From Candidatus Tectimicrobiota bacterium (lineage in GTDB: Bacteria > JACPUC01), in contig JACPUC010000009.1 of NCBI GenBank assembly GCA_016192455.1, forward strand, positions 110,886-130,885: a stretch of DNA of 20,000 bases, read 5' to 3'. Numbering within the stretch: position 1 is the first letter of the stretch; the number at the start of each line of letters is the position of its first letter. The position numbers were made by a program, and so were the translations under genes. The notes under the pieces are model-generated. The model saw nothing but the letters and a program-made list of their open reading frames with translations, searched no databases and was not told the origin of the DNA. This document shows, one piece after another, positions 18,726 to 20,000 of this stretch.

Positions 18726-19847
18726 ATGAGACTGAACCTCTGGATCGGCATAGCGCTGAGCGCGGTGATCATGTGGCTGCTGCTGCGCTCGATCGACCTG
18801 GCGAGCGCCATGCAGGCGCTGGCGCAGGCCGACTATCGCTGGCTGCTGCCGGCGTTCCTTATCGCCCTTCTCAGCTTCGTGCTGCGAGCCCTGCGCTGGC
18901 AAGCCGTGTTCGCCGCCGTGCAGCCGGTGCGTTTCCGCGGCATCTTGGCGGCGACGATGATCGGCTTCATGGGCAACATGCTCCTGCCGGCCCGTCTTGG
19001 TGAGTTCATCCGCGCCTACCTCATCGGCCGCAAGGAGGCGGTCGGCAGCAGCACCGCCCTCGCCACCGTCGTGGTCGAGCGCATGTTCGACGGCTTCGTC
19101 ATCATCCTCATCTGGCTGCTGGTGGTCCTCTTCTTCGAGATCCCCCCAGGCTTCCAGCAGTGGGAGCGCCCCGCTCGTCTCTTCGCCATCGGCTCCGGCG
19201 CGTTCTATGTCGTGCTGCTGGCGGGCTGCCTCGTCCTCAAGCACCATACCGAAACGGTCCTGGCCGTCGTCCGCCGCCTCTGCCGTCCCCTGCCGCAGCG
19301 CTTTCGCTCGCGGCTCGTCGCCGGCCTGGGGCGCTTCGCGGCGGGCCTCGCCGCCATCCGGGCCAACCGGCAGCTCGTCGCGGTCTCCTGCTGGTCCCTG
19401 CTTCTCTGGGTCGTCATCTCCCTCGCCAACTACCCCGTCATCCGCTCCTTCCACGTGGACGTGCCGCCGCAGGCGCTCTTCCTCCTCATGGTCTTCCAGG
19501 CGTTCGCCGTCATGCTCCCCTCCTCCCCCGGCTACGTCGGCACCTTCCACCTCGCCAGCATCACCGCCTTGCAGGTCTTCGGCGTGGGCAGGGATGTCGC
19601 CCTGAGCATCGCCATTGTCCTCCACCTCTCCGCCTTCCTCGTCACCGTCGTGCCCGGCCTCTGCTTCCTCTGGTCGGAGAACCTCTCGCTGCGCTCGCTC
19701 AACCGCCTGCGTGACGCGCCGCCGCCCATCCTCCCGGCCGCGCCGCCGCTTGCCGAGGCAACCCTGCCGCCGCCGGCGCCAGGCTTCCCCTTCCCGGCCC
19801 CGGCCCATCCTCTGCCGCGGCGCTCCTCCGACGCGCCCCCCGCCTAG
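18726..19847 (+). CDS. Lysylphosphatidylglycerol synthase transmembrane-domain (UPF0104) flippase-like membrane protein
   Basis: Polytopic hydrophobic protein with family motifs LRALRW, GNMLLPARLGEFIR, VVERMFD and LPSSPGYVGTF. No MprF C-terminal aminoacyltransferase domain; Pro-rich tail. Confidence 0.88.
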   Translation: MRLNLWIGIALSAVIMWLLLRSIDLASAMQALAQADYRWLLPAFLIALLSFVLRALRWQAVFAAVQPVRFRGILAATMIGFMGNMLLPARLGEFIRAYLIGRKEAVGSSTALATVVVERMFDGFVIILIWLLVVLFFEIPPGFQQWERPARLFAIGSGAFYVVLLAGCLVLKHHTETVLAVVRRLCRPLPQRFRSRLVAGLGRFAAGLAAIRANRQLVAVSCWSLLLWVVISLANYPVIRSFHVDVPPQALFLLMVFQAFAVMLPSSPGYVGTFHLASITALQVFGVGRDVALSIAIVLHLSAFLVTVVPGLCFLWSENLSLRSLNRLRDAPPPILPAAPPLAEATLPPPAPGFPFPAPAHPLPRRSSDAPPA

Positions 19848-20000
19848 GAGCCTGTCGGGGTAATGGTTCCCGGCAGGGGTGATAGGTCAGGGTGCGGGGT
19901 CGTCGTCCTGGTGCGTCGGGTTCAGGAAGCTGGACGACGCCTGCCTGCCCGCAGGCGCCTGTCTGCGTCAACGGAGAGGGAGATCGGTCCCTCGCCCCTG

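Noticed and set aside
19844-19862. CTAG followed by GAGCCTGTCGG, loosely like an IS5-family end
   Set aside because: No transposase or partner repeat in the window; the local hairpin explains the sequence adequately.

Overview
GC-rich (roughly two-thirds G+C by eye) chromosomal window from a diderm bacterium, mostly cell-envelope and translation housekeeping genes. On the minus strand, in transcription order: a 179-aa HNH nuclease, lnt, prfB (split by the canonical +1 frameshift CTT-TGA-C), lysS, a single lolC/E-type permease, lolD, clpC, bamA, and the 5' end of a signal-peptide protein (probably Skp/OmpH) running off the left edge. The right part holds a class A penicillin-binding protein (+), a thioredoxin-like [2Fe-2S] ferredoxin (-), ribF (+) and an LPG-synthase-TM/UPF0104 flippase-like protein (+). 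I see no rRNA, tRNA, CRISPR array, transposase or integrase. The best candidate for an undescribed system is the HNH gene. Its N-terminus resembles the PLMP domain of IscB and its size fits the RuvC-less IshB class. It has its own near-consensus sigma70 promoter and a ~155-nt leader with alternative folds, and it lies next to a further ~205-nt structured intergenic element. Smaller oddities: a probable GTT start codon for lolD, a promoter-like sequence inside the clpC terminator, a GGA-rich ferredoxin leader, and a CCTGYCG..CGGCAGG stem recurring just after three stop codons. All family calls are by motif recognition; no searches or folding programs were run.
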